Source of the DNA: Klebsiella phage ST11-OXA245phi3.1
Length of the DNA: 33,326 nt
Direction: 5' to 3' (one strand)
Sequence record: MK416009.1
The translations under genes were made by a program, and so were the position numbers. Position 1 is the stretch's first letter, and every line of letters begins with the position of its first letter. Shown in pieces: positions 7,748-16,524 of this stretch. The notes beneath the pieces were generated by a model. The model had not been told where the DNA came from. It saw nothing but the letters and a program-made list of their open reading frames with translations, and did no database searches.

Positions 7748-9490
7748 ATGAGTACCTGGAACCAAGCCTATTCTGCAAGAGAAGATTTGAAATCGTATGG
7801 TGATAATGGACTGGCTTTGTTTGCGTTAGCATTACATTTCAGAATTGATGATATTGATAGTGTCGCAGCAGAGTCCATTACCGATGGACATGACGATAAG
7901 AAATGTGACCTTGTGTATATTAATGAAGAAGAAGAATTTGCTGTACTTGCTCAATGCTATTTCTCAAGCAAAGATAGACAGGAAGCTCCAGCAAATAAAG
8001 CGAGTGATCTTAATATTGCTTTAGCATGGCTTCTGCAAAGAGATTTGCATGATGTACCCGATAGAATAAAATCTTCTGCTCAACAGATACGGACATCAAT
8101 CAAACAAGGGAAAATTAAAACTCTGTACGTTTGGTATGTTCATAACTTACCATCTTCAACAAATGTGGCTCAAGAGCTAATTACGGTTCAGCAGACAGCA
8201 GCAACTATTTTAAAACATGATTTTGAAGATGCTAAAATACAAGTGCATGCAATGGAAGTAGGCACTGAAAAGTTGACGGAATGGTATAGTGAATCACTAT
8301 CACCAATACTGGTTGATGAGATTTTCAATATTAAAGTCAGTGATGGTGGCTATGAAATAAAAGGAGATAATTGGAATGCATTCTGTACTACCATTCAGGG
8401 AAGAGATTTAGCTAGAGCGTACAAAAAGCATAAATTAAAAATATTTTCAGCAAATGTTAGAGACTACCTTGGATCAAGGTCATCTGATTCAAATATCAAT
8501 AATGGTATCCGTAACAGTGCGGAAAATTCAGCATCAGAATTTTGGGCATACAATAATGGCGTAACTGTTTTGGTTCATGAATATAAATTCAATGAAGCAT
8601 CAAAGAATCTTGAAATCAGAGGGATGTCAATAGTTAATGGAGCACAGACAACAGGTGCTTTAGGAACGCTGCCACGATTACCTCCAGAATCAGTTAAAGT
8701 CCAAGCTAGATTTATAAAAGTCAAAGATGCGGATGCTGATCTAATTCAGAATATAATTCAGTATAATAACAGTCAGAATAAAGTTGAAGCATCTGATTTC
8801 AGAAGCACAGACAAAATTCAAAAACGACTTAAAAATGAATTTGCTTCTATTCCTGATGCTGAATATGATGGAGGAAGACGAGGAGGTGCTGAAAGTGTCA
8901 TTCGTCGAAAAACTAATCTACTGCCTTCTTATACTGTTGGTCAAGCTTTGATGAGTTTCCATGGAGAGCCGACGATAGCTTATAATCAGCGATCTGCAAT
9001 TTGGACTAATGACTCTCATTATTCTAAGATTTTTAATGACAGTACAAAAGCTTCACATATTGTTTGTGCGTATTCTCTCATGCGGTGTATTGAGAACAAG
9101 AAAATAGCTTTGGCAAAGAAAGATACTCTTTCAAAAAATGATAGCGCTCAATTGGGATATCTCAGGCATCGTGGTTCAATACCTTTATTGTGCTCGGCTA
9201 TTGCCGAATGTTTGGAAAACTTTTTGGGCCGTCCCGTTCCTAATTTATTTAGAGTTTCGTTTGGAAGTACGGTCTCTCCTTCTCAGGCTGAAAGTATTTG
9301 GGAGCCAATTGTAGATGTGTGTCTGGCTTTAAGTAATCAGTTGCTGCCTGCACTGGTTGAAGGAGGGTTGAAAAGTCCTACAAAAGTTAAAGATTGTATA
9401 TCAAATTTTTCACAGCTTATTACTGCAACGGCCCAAATGAACCAGCCTGTATATGAGGCATTTGAGAAAAAAATCAAATCCGCATTCTAA
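7748..9490 (+). CDS. AIPR-like (abortive infection phage resistance, PF10592-like) protein. Candidate anti-phage defence cargo.
   Basis: 580 aa from the ATG at 7748, with a perfect AAGGAG SD 5 nt upstream. GC is about 36%. It contains an SIVNGAQTTGALGT motif, which I recall as the conserved AIPR core, and has no Walker A/B motifs. It lies at the cos-Q junction of the defence hotspot. Confidence 0.55.
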   Translation: MSTWNQAYSAREDLKSYGDNGLALFALALHFRIDDIDSVAAESITDGHDDKKCDLVYINEEEEFAVLAQCYFSSKDRQEAPANKASDLNIALAWLLQRDLHDVPDRIKSSAQQIRTSIKQGKIKTLYVWYVHNLPSSTNVAQELITVQQTAATILKHDFEDAKIQVHAMEVGTEKLTEWYSESLSPILVDEIFNIKVSDGGYEIKGDNWNAFCTTIQGRDLARAYKKHKLKIFSANVRDYLGSRSSDSNINNGIRNSAENSASEFWAYNNGVTVLVHEYKFNEASKNLEIRGMSIVNGAQTTGALGTLPRLPPESVKVQARFIKVKDADADLIQNIIQYNNSQNKVEASDFRSTDKIQKRLKNEFASIPDAEYDGGRRGGAESVIRRKTNLLPSYTVGQALMSFHGEPTIAYNQRSAIWTNDSHYSKIFNDSTKASHIVCAYSLMRCIENKKIALAKKDTLSKNDSAQLGYLRHRGSIPLLCSAIAECLENFLGRPVPNLFRVSFGSTVSPSQAESIWEPIVDVCLALSNQLLPALVEGGLKSPTKVKDCISNFSQLITATAQMNQPVYEAFEKKIKSAF

Positions 9491-9495
9491 CTAAA

Positions 9496-9519
9496 AGAAG
9501 GCCTTGTAAGAGGCCTTCT
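9496..9519. terminator. Bidirectional rho-independent terminator between the convergent AIPR-like and Q genes.
   Basis: Perfect 9-bp stem AGAAGGCCT / AGGCCTTCT with a 6-nt loop, flanked by A/T runs on both sides. Confidence 0.55.
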
Positions 9520-9551
9520 TGATATTTTACTGATCAGCGAACATATTGTCG

Positions 9552-10580
9552 TCATAATGAGTATGTCGCAAAACGAATAATTTCATCTTTCAACCATCTA
9601 TTTAGTTCCTGTAGCCGTTTCTGTAGCGGCATTAATTCGTTACGAACAAAAACGCAACTGGCTTTCTCTACATCCCCAAACCCTCCAACATTATTAGGCA
9701 TAATCCCCATCATTTGCGGCGGCACGCGGTGCGCAGCCATCATGTCGTCGCGGCTGACATTTTTGATATTCAGAAATTCATCCTTCGCCGCGACTTCTGA
9801 TAACGGGATGATTTGAAGCCCGTCTTTTTTACCGTTAGGCGAGTACATAAACAGGTTACGGAAGTTACCAGGACCTTTGGCACTTTTCATCGCGTTGCGG
9901 AGATTGTTCACATCCTCCTGATTCTGCGCGGCATCGGTCATATACATGATGAAGCCTGCATGGCTGCCGTTGATGTAATACTTGCGGCGGAACAGCGTGG
10001 CGGACTCGTTGAGCAAAGCGGATGGGATGGCAGAAAGATAACCGGGCAGGCCGTAGATCTCCTGGTTGATGTCCGGTTCCATCAGATGAAAAATGCTGCC
10101 TTTCGTGAACTGATACGGCTGGGTTGTCATACCATATTGCACAAACCAGTAAGTATCCATGTCTAATCCGCGTCGGGTGTATTTTGCCAGAGCAGGCTCA
10201 AGGGCGATAACTTCACCGAAGCGGTTAGTGCGTTTCTCCAGGTAGGCGTTACCAAAAACCAGATAGTCCTGCACAAAACGTGAAAAAGCCTGCTGGCTGA
10301 GCAGCGGGTGAGGGATATAGGTGCTGGTCAGAATATTGCACTTTACTGCAATCGGTGAGCTGTGATGCACGGCGGCGCGGAAGGTTCGCGCCAGTCCGTC
10401 AAAACTCACTGGCGGCTCATACCAGCGATCTGTCTGTACGCATTCCACATAGTCCAGTAGTTCGCGGCGATCCAGAACTGGAATGGGATCGCCGAAGCTG
10501 AATGCTTCGGCTGAAGTCTGGCTTTTATGCTGGGTCTGGTTCTGCGACGCAGCGCGGTTCTTCTTACTCTTTCCCATCAA
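9552..10580 (-). CDS. Q: Portal protein (P2 gpQ).
   Basis: 342 aa; P2 gpQ is about 344 aa. It is first in a leftward Q-P operon that overlaps P by 4 nt. Confidence 0.85.
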   Translation of the reverse strand: MMGKSKKNRAASQNQTQHKSQTSAEAFSFGDPIPVLDRRELLDYVECVQTDRWYEPPVSFDGLARTFRAAVHHSSPIAVKCNILTSTYIPHPLLSQQAFSRFVQDYLVFGNAYLEKRTNRFGEVIALEPALAKYTRRGLDMDTYWFVQYGMTTQPYQFTKGSIFHLMEPDINQEIYGLPGYLSAIPSALLNESATLFRRKYYINGSHAGFIMYMTDAAQNQEDVNNLRNAMKSAKGPGNFRNLFMYSPNGKKDGLQIIPLSEVAAKDEFLNIKNVSRDDMMAAHRVPPQMMGIMPNNVGGFGDVEKASCVFVRNELMPLQKRLQELNRWLKDEIIRFATYSL

Positions 10581-12343
10581 AAAATCTCCACAATATTACT
10601 GGTATTGGCGGACTCGCCCTGCAGTGGTTCGTTAAACAGTGCGTGCATTGTTGCCCACGCCAGATCGGCGTGGCTGGTTTCTTCGCTGCGGCTGGCTTCA
10701 TACGTCGGGCGGTTGCCACTGGCGGTGGTGGCGCGACGGATTGCCATGAATGACTGCGCAATGTCGGTGTGCCCGGCGTCAAACTCCAGACGGCGGTGGC
10801 TGATAATGTCGTAGGCCTTGAGTACCAGAGCGTTTTTAACGTTGGGGTTGTAGACAAACTCCCGGACGGCAGGAAAAAACGCTTTCACGTTCTCGTAAAC
10901 CCCGTGACCGACGCCGGTTGAGTCGATACCGATGTATGTCACGTTGTACTGTTCAGTCAGTTTTTTGATGGCGTCAGCCTGGGCGCGGAAGTCCATCCCG
11001 CGCCACTGGTGACGCTCAAGAATGCGGAACTTACCGCCCGGCACGGCTGGCGGTGCCACCACCACGCACCCGGCGCTGTCGCCGTTTTGCGTACCTTTTG
11101 CCGGGTCATAACCGATCCACACTTCGCGCCAGCCAAACGGGCGCAGGGCCAGTGCATGAAAGTCGGTCCAGACTTCCCAGCTGTCCACCATGCACGCCTG
11201 CAGCTCGCTGAGCGGAAACACGGACGCGAGATCGTCCACAAACTCGCACATCAGCAGGTTCTGGTATTCGTCCGGGCTGTACTCCATGCGCAACTGGTCG
11301 AGATCGAACAGGTTACATCCGCCGCGCACAGCATCTTCCACGGTGACTATCTGGCGGTATTGCCCGTCTGCGCACAGCAGGCCGGGGGCCAGATTGCTGT
11401 GGGACAGGTCGATGTCCACCTTATCGGCTTTGTTGCGCCCACGGTTGAACAGCGCACCGGACCAGAACGGATAAGCACTGTGTGTCAGGCTGGATGGTGT
11501 GGAAAAATAGGTTTGTCGCCATTTTTTGTGAATAGCCATACCGGAAGCCACTTTGCGCAGCTCCTGGAATTTCGGTATCCAGAAATATTCATCCAGATAC
11601 AGGTTGCCGTGGTAACTCTGGGCCGTGCGGGCATTGGTGCCGAGGAAGTAAAGCGTAGCCCCGCTGGGAAGCACCATCGGATCGCCTTTCAGCTCCACTT
11701 CCACTTCTTTGGCGAAGTCGATGATGTACTGTTTAAAGACGTGGGCCTGTGCCTTACTGGCGGAAAGGAAAATCTGGTTACGTCCGGTAAGCAGGGCGTC
11801 AATCAGGGCTTCACGGGCAAAGTAAAAGGTCGCGCCGACCTGGCGTGACTTCAGCAGGTTGCGGATGCGGTTGGTTTTTCCGGCTTCCCACCAGTGGCGC
11901 TGGTAGTTGAACATGGAGGAATGGAAGATTTCTTCCAGCTTCTCAATCTGTTCATCGGTGAAAACGTTCTTTTCCGGCTGACGACGCGGGCCTTTGTTGC
12001 GGTTGGCGACGTTAGGGTTTAAGTCGGCTTCGTTGCCGCCATTGTTAAACTTGCCGATCCGCGCGTGGCGCTCCGACTGGCGCGCCAGCAGGTCAATCTC
12101 TTTGAAATCTTTCCCTTCTTTGTGCTCCTTCATGATGAGCTGGCAGTAGCGTGCGGCGGTGGTGAGCTGCATCTGATCCAGCGGCCCATAGTCACCCCAC
12201 TTGTCGCGTTTCTTCCAGCTGTGAACGGTTGCAACTTTCTCGCCCAGCATTTCAGCAATGCGGGCTACGCGATATCCCTGAAAGTACAGCAGCATGGCCT
12301 GCCGACGGGGATCGAGATCTGCGGATGTCAGTGTGGTGTTCAT
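10577..12343 (-). CDS. P: Terminase large subunit (ATPase, P2 gpP).
   Basis: 588 aa with a Walker A-like region and a nuclease C-terminal domain. P2 gpP is 590 aa and sits in the equivalent position. Confidence 0.9.
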   Translation of the reverse strand: MNTTLTSADLDPRRQAMLLYFQGYRVARIAEMLGEKVATVHSWKKRDKWGDYGPLDQMQLTTAARYCQLIMKEHKEGKDFKEIDLLARQSERHARIGKFNNGGNEADLNPNVANRNKGPRRQPEKNVFTDEQIEKLEEIFHSSMFNYQRHWWEAGKTNRIRNLLKSRQVGATFYFAREALIDALLTGRNQIFLSASKAQAHVFKQYIIDFAKEVEVELKGDPMVLPSGATLYFLGTNARTAQSYHGNLYLDEYFWIPKFQELRKVASGMAIHKKWRQTYFSTPSSLTHSAYPFWSGALFNRGRNKADKVDIDLSHSNLAPGLLCADGQYRQIVTVEDAVRGGCNLFDLDQLRMEYSPDEYQNLLMCEFVDDLASVFPLSELQACMVDSWEVWTDFHALALRPFGWREVWIGYDPAKGTQNGDSAGCVVVAPPAVPGGKFRILERHQWRGMDFRAQADAIKKLTEQYNVTYIGIDSTGVGHGVYENVKAFFPAVREFVYNPNVKNALVLKAYDIISHRRLEFDAGHTDIAQSFMAIRRATTASGNRPTYEASRSEETSHADLAWATMHALFNEPLQGESANTSNIVEIF

Positions 12344-12389
12344 GGCACAAACCTACAGCCTTGAATGAAGGCTTTCCCCGCCTGCGGTT

Positions 12390-12407
12390 TGTGTGGTTGT
12401 CGGTACA
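12390..12407. promoter_or_regulatory. Ogr/B-type late activator binding site (TGT-N12-ACA) in the divergent P/O late promoter region.
   Basis: TGTgtggttgtcggtACA, centred about 88 bp upstream of the O start codon and 55 bp from the P start. Confidence 0.45.
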
Positions 12408-12485
12408 AATACCGTGCATTGTTTCACTGCCCTCATCACCGCAACCATAAGGCTCCAGTAAGTTTTTTCTAACGGAGCACGGCTC

Positions 12486-13319
12486 ATGACAGTGAAAGCA
12501 AAGCGTTTTCGCATCGGGGTGGAAGGTGCCACCACCGACGGACGCGAAATCCAGCGTGAATGGCTGGAACAGATGGCAGCCAGCTACAACCCGGCAGTGT
12601 ATACCGCGCTGATTAACCTTGAGCACATCAAGTCTTATCTGCCGGACAGCACCTTTAACCGCTACGGCAAGGTAACGGCGCTGTTTGCTGAAGAAATCAC
12701 GGAAGGTCCGCTGGCAGGCAAGATGGCGCTGTATGCCGACGTTGAGCCAACGGAGTCCCTGGTGGAGCTGGTGAAAAAAGGCCAGAAATTATTCACTTCT
12801 ATGGAAGTCAGCCCGAAGTTCGCTGATACGGGCAAAGCCTACCTGGTTGGCCTGGCTGCCACTGATGATCCAGCCAGTCTGGGTACGGAAATGCTGACAT
12901 TCAGCGCCAGTGCAGCCCATAACCCGCTGGCAAACCGCAAGCAGAATCCCGCCAATCTCTTTACCGCCGCAGAGGAAACGGTGATCGAACTGGAAGAAAT
13001 CCAGGAGGACAAGCCGTCCCTGTTTGCCCGCGTCACGGCGCTGTTCACCAAAAAAGAGCAGTCCGACGATGCCCGGTTCTCTGATGTGCATAAGGCCGTG
13101 GAGCTGGTCGCCACTGAGCAGCAAAACCTGAGCGCACGCACCGAAAAATCCCTGTCTGAGCAGGAAGAACGCCTGTCTGAGCTGGAGACAGCCCTGCAGG
13201 CACAACAGGCCGCCTTTAACGAACTGGTGGACAAGCTGAGCCATGAGGACTGCCGCCAGGACTACCGCCAGCGTGCAACAGGCGGTAACGCCCCCGCTGA
13301 CACTCTGACCAATTGCTGA
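12486..13319 (+). CDS. O: Capsid scaffolding protein (P2 gpO).
   Basis: 277 aa in the equivalent position, with an acidic, coiled-coil-rich C-terminus. Confidence 0.85.
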   Translation: MTVKAKRFRIGVEGATTDGREIQREWLEQMAASYNPAVYTALINLEHIKSYLPDSTFNRYGKVTALFAEEITEGPLAGKMALYADVEPTESLVELVKKGQKLFTSMEVSPKFADTGKAYLVGLAATDDPASLGTEMLTFSASAAHNPLANRKQNPANLFTAAEETVIELEEIQEDKPSLFARVTALFTKKEQSDDARFSDVHKAVELVATEQQNLSARTEKSLSEQEERLSELETALQAQQAAFNELVDKLSHEDCRQDYRQRATGGNAPADTLTNC

Positions 13320-13335
13320 TGGAGCATAAAACCCG

Positions 13336-14394
13336 ATGAAGAAGAATACCCGCTTTGCTTTTAACGCTTACCTGCAGCAGCTGGCGCGTCTGAACGGTGT
13401 GGCAGCTGAAGAACTGTCCAGCAAGTTCACCGTGGAGCCGTCTGTACAGCAGACGCTGGAAGACCAGATCCAGCAGTCCGCCGCTTTCCTGACGCTGATT
13501 AACGTCACGCCAGTGACTGAGCAGTCCGGTCAGCTGCTGGGGCTGGGGGTTGGCAGCACCATTGCCGGAACCACTGACACCACCGCGAAAGAGCGTGAAC
13601 CTGTCGATCCGACGCTGATGGTCGATGTGGAATACAAATGCGAACAGACCAACTTTGACACGGTGCTGACCTACGCGAAGCTGGACCTGTGGGCGAAGTT
13701 TCAGGATTTCCAGGTGCGTATCCGTAACGCCATCGTGAAACGTCAGGCACTGGACCGCATCATGATCGGCTTTAACGGCGTGAAGCGTGCGAAAACCTCC
13801 AACCGTAGCGAAAACCCGCTGCTGCAGGATGTGAACAAAGGCTGGCTGCAGAAAATCCGTGAGGATGCACCGGAGCACGTCATGGGCAGCACCACCACGG
13901 GCGGTGAAACCACACCGGGTGCGGTGAAAGTCGGTAAAGGTGGCGAATATGCCAACCTGGACGCCGTGGTGATGGATGCCGTTAATGAGCTTATCGACGT
14001 GGTCTACCAGGACGATGACGATCTGGTGGTGATTTGCGGTCGTGAACTGCTGTCTGACAAGTATTTCCCGCTGGTCAACAAAGAGCAGGAAAACAGTGAA
14101 AAACTGGCAGCCGATATGATTATCAGTCAGAAACGCATGGGCGGTCTGCAGGCCGTGCGTGCGCCGTTCTTCCCGCCGAATGCGCTGCTGATCACCCGTC
14201 TGGATAACCTGTCCATCTACTGGCAGGAAGACACCCGCCGCCGTTCAGTTATCGACAACCCGAAACGTGACCGGATTGAAAACTTTGAATCTGTTAACGA
14301 AGCCTATGTGGTTGAGGACTACCGCTGCGCCGCACTGGTGGAAAACATCCAGATTGGCGATTTCAGCGCCGCCGCAGCAGAAGCCGGAGCGTAA
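13336..14394 (+). CDS. N: Major capsid protein (P2 gpN).
   Basis: 352 aa; P2 gpN is 357 aa. Order is conserved. Confidence 0.9.
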   Translation: MKKNTRFAFNAYLQQLARLNGVAAEELSSKFTVEPSVQQTLEDQIQQSAAFLTLINVTPVTEQSGQLLGLGVGSTIAGTTDTTAKEREPVDPTLMVDVEYKCEQTNFDTVLTYAKLDLWAKFQDFQVRIRNAIVKRQALDRIMIGFNGVKRAKTSNRSENPLLQDVNKGWLQKIREDAPEHVMGSTTTGGETTPGAVKVGKGGEYANLDAVVMDAVNELIDVVYQDDDDLVVICGRELLSDKYFPLVNKEQENSEKLAADMIISQKRMGGLQAVRAPFFPPNALLITRLDNLSIYWQEDTRRRSVIDNPKRDRIENFESVNEAYVVEDYRCAALVENIQIGDFSAAAAEAGA

Positions 14395-14397
14395 CCT

Positions 14398-15048
14398 ATG
14401 AGCCTGAGTCCCGCACGGCAGCATCGCCTGCGCGTTCAGGCTGAACAGGCCGCCCGTGAAGGCGGCAGTGTTCGCCACGCGTCGGGCTATGACCTGATGC
14501 TGCTGCAACTGGCGGAAGACCGCCGCCGTCTCAAGGGCGTTCAGTCCACGGTGAAAAAAGCGGAAATAAAGGTGGAGCTGCTGCCGAAATATGCCGCCTG
14601 GGCGGAGGGCGTCCTGGCTGCCGGAGGCGCTCAACAGGATGACGTGCTGATGTACGTGATGCTGTGGCGCATTGATGCCGGAGATTATGCCGGGGCGCTG
14701 GAGATCGGGCGTCATGCCCTGCGTCATGGCTGGGTGATGCCGCTGGGTAACCGCAACGTGCAGACCGTGCTGGCAGAGGAAATGGCAGATGCAGCCCAGA
14801 GCGCAATGCTTGCCGCCACCGGCTTTGATGCCGATCTGTTGCTGCAGACGCTGGAGCTGACAGACGGTCTGGATATGCCGGACCAGTCACGGGCGCGTCT
14901 GCATAAAGCGATTGGCGCTGTCCTGAGTGAAAGCAATCCGGCTTCCGCCCTTAATCATCTTAACCATGCGTTACAGCTCGATCCCCGCTGTGGCGTGAAA
15001 AAAGACAAACAGCAGCTGGAGCGCAGACTGCGCAATGACAGCCGCTGA
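14398..15048 (+). CDS. M: Terminase small (endonuclease) subunit (P2 gpM).
   Basis: 216 aa in the equivalent position. Confidence 0.8.
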   Translation: MSLSPARQHRLRVQAEQAAREGGSVRHASGYDLMLLQLAEDRRRLKGVQSTVKKAEIKVELLPKYAAWAEGVLAAGGAQQDDVLMYVMLWRIDAGDYAGALEIGRHALRHGWVMPLGNRNVQTVLAEEMADAAQSAMLAATGFDADLLLQTLELTDGLDMPDQSRARLHKAIGAVLSESNPASALNHLNHALQLDPRCGVKKDKQQLERRLRNDSR

Positions 15049-15143
15049 CAGAACGTGCCCCCGCGCACGGGCGGCACGGGGTGGCGAAAGGCACCGCCAC
15101 ATCAAAACCCCGTCCACCGCCCTCTATTTCAGGAGAAAGCAGC

Positions 15144-15608
15144 ATGAAGTTTGTTGCGCCAGAACAGGCACCGGAACAGGCGGAAATCATCAGAAATACG
15201 CCGTTCTGGCCTGATGTGGACCTGTCGGAGTTTCGCAGCGTGATGCGCACTGACGGCACGGTGACGCAGCCGCGTTTAAAGCAGGTTGCGCTGTCGGCAA
15301 TTTCGGAGGTCAACGCAGAGCTGTATGAGTTTCGCAGACGCCAGCAGATGCTGGGGTATGCCTCGCTGGCAGAGGTTCCGGCAGAACAGCTGGACGGGAA
15401 AAGTGAGCGCATTCAGCACTATTTCAACGCGGTTTACTGCTGGGCACGCGCCATGCTCAACGAACGATACCAGGACTATGACGCCACGGCATCCGGTGTG
15501 AAGCGCGGCGAAGAACTGGCAGAAGCCAGCGGTGATTTGTGGCGTGACGCCCGCTGGGCCGTCAGCCGGGTGCAGGATGCGCCGCACTGCACAGTGGAGC
15601 TGATCTGA
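15144..15608 (+). CDS. L: Head completion/stabilisation protein (P2 gpL).
   Basis: 154 aa from the ATG at 15144 with an AGGAGA RBS. It lies in the L position. Confidence 0.75.
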   Translation: MKFVAPEQAPEQAEIIRNTPFWPDVDLSEFRSVMRTDGTVTQPRLKQVALSAISEVNAELYEFRRRQQMLGYASLAEVPAEQLDGKSERIQHYFNAVYCWARAMLNERYQDYDATASGVKRGEELAEASGDLWRDARWAVSRVQDAPHCTVELI

Positions 15609-15811
15609 TGAAAGTGCGTGCGTACCAGGGTGACACGGTGGACGCGCTTTGCTGGCGTCATTACGGACGCACGCAGGGCGTCACGGAGCAGGTACTGCAG
15701 GCAAATCCGGGGCTGGCTGAGCACGGCCCGTTCTTACCACACGGGCTGCAGGTGGATCTGCCGGATATTGCCACCACCTCCACGGTGCAGACCGTCCAGT
15801 TATGGGACTGA
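15608..15811 (+). CDS. X: Tail protein X (LysM-like).
   Basis: 67 aa, the same length as P2 gpX. Its start overlaps the L stop (ATGA). Confidence 0.7.
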   Translation: MKVRAYQGDTVDALCWRHYGRTQGVTEQVLQANPGLAEHGPFLPHGLQVDLPDIATTSTVQTVQLWD

Positions 15812-15814
15812 AAT

Positions 15815-16030
15815 ATGACGCTTGAACGGATCAGCGCCTTCATCACGTACTGCATCGCTGTACTGCTGGCATGGATGGGAGATTTATCGCTTAAGGATGT
15901 GTCGACAGTGGGCGGTGTGTTGATTGGCGTGCTGATGCTGGCCATCAACTGGTACTACAAACACAAAACCTACCAGCTGCTGCGCGGCGGAAAAATTACA
16001 CGGGGGGAATATGAATCCTTCAACCGTTAA
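15815..16030 (+). CDS. Holin, pinholin-like with two TM segments.
   Basis: 71 aa with two hydrophobic segments (ISAFITYCIAVLLAWMG and VGGVLIGVLMLAINWYY) and a charged C-terminus. It lies immediately upstream of and overlapping the endolysin. Confidence 0.65.
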   Translation: MTLERISAFITYCIAVLLAWMGDLSLKDVSTVGGVLIGVLMLAINWYYKHKTYQLLRGGKITRGEYESFNR

Positions 16031-16520
16031 ACGCTGCCTGGTAGGGGCGGTGCTGGCGATTGCCGCCACCCTGCCGGGCTTTCAGCAACTTCATACCTCA
16101 ATGGAAGGGTTGAAGCTGATAGCCGATTACGAGGGCTGCCGCCTGCAGCCGTATCAGTGTGATGCGGGGGTGTGGACCGATGGCATTGGCAATACGTCCG
16201 GCGTGGTGCCGGGGAAGACCATCACGGAACGGCAGGCCGCCGGGAGTTTCATCACCAACGTTTTAAGGGTGGAGAAGGCGCTGGATCGCTGTGTCCTGGT
16301 GAGCGTACCGCAGAACGTCTATGACGCGCTGGTATCGCTGGCCTTCAACGTGGGAACCGGCAATGCCTGCGGTTCAACCATGGTGAAGTTTATCAATCAG
16401 AAGCGCTGGCGCGAGGCCTGCTATCAGTTGCCACGCTGGGTATACGTCAAAGGCGTATTTAATCCGGGACTGGACAACCGCCGCGCGCGGGAGCTGTCCT
16501 GGTGCTTAAAAGGAGCGTAA
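16011..16520 (+). CDS. SAR-type endolysin (GH24, T4-lysozyme/P21 R family).
   Basis: 169 aa. The N-terminal hydrophobic signal-anchor-release segment is RCLVGAVLAIAATLPG, followed by the EG..L..Y.C.AGVWTDGIGNT catalytic region of GH24 lysozymes. Confidence 0.8.
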   Translation: MNPSTVKRCLVGAVLAIAATLPGFQQLHTSMEGLKLIADYEGCRLQPYQCDAGVWTDGIGNTSGVVPGKTITERQAAGSFITNVLRVEKALDRCVLVSVPQNVYDALVSLAFNVGTGNACGSTMVKFINQKRWREACYQLPRWVYVKGVFNPGLDNRRARELSWCLKGA

Positions 16521-16524
16521 CGAA

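Noticed and set aside
7608-7832. 74-aa reverse-strand ORF spanning the putative cos and the AIPR-like promoter region.
   Set aside because: It overlaps a GC-rich noncoding element and the 5' end of a well-supported gene, has no RBS, and is probably noise.
7748-9490. Considered whether the 580-aa cargo protein is a P2 Old-like (ATPase plus TOPRIM) or Tin-like exclusion protein, given its size and position.
   Set aside because: No Walker A (GxxxxGK[ST]) or Walker B motif is present, and it shows no resemblance to Old. I retain it as AIPR-like or unknown.
10502-10857. Three small ORFs (83-97 aa) on both strands across the Q/P overlap.
   Set aside because: They are embedded in the coding sequence of the terminase and portal genes, and the sense genes are complete and conserved.
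12789-15412. Many antisense or alternative-frame ORFs (70-220 aa) overlapping capsid genes O, N, M and L.
   Set aside because: These are typical open-frame artefacts of high-GC (58-60%) coding DNA. The sense-strand genes have conserved P2 order and sizes.
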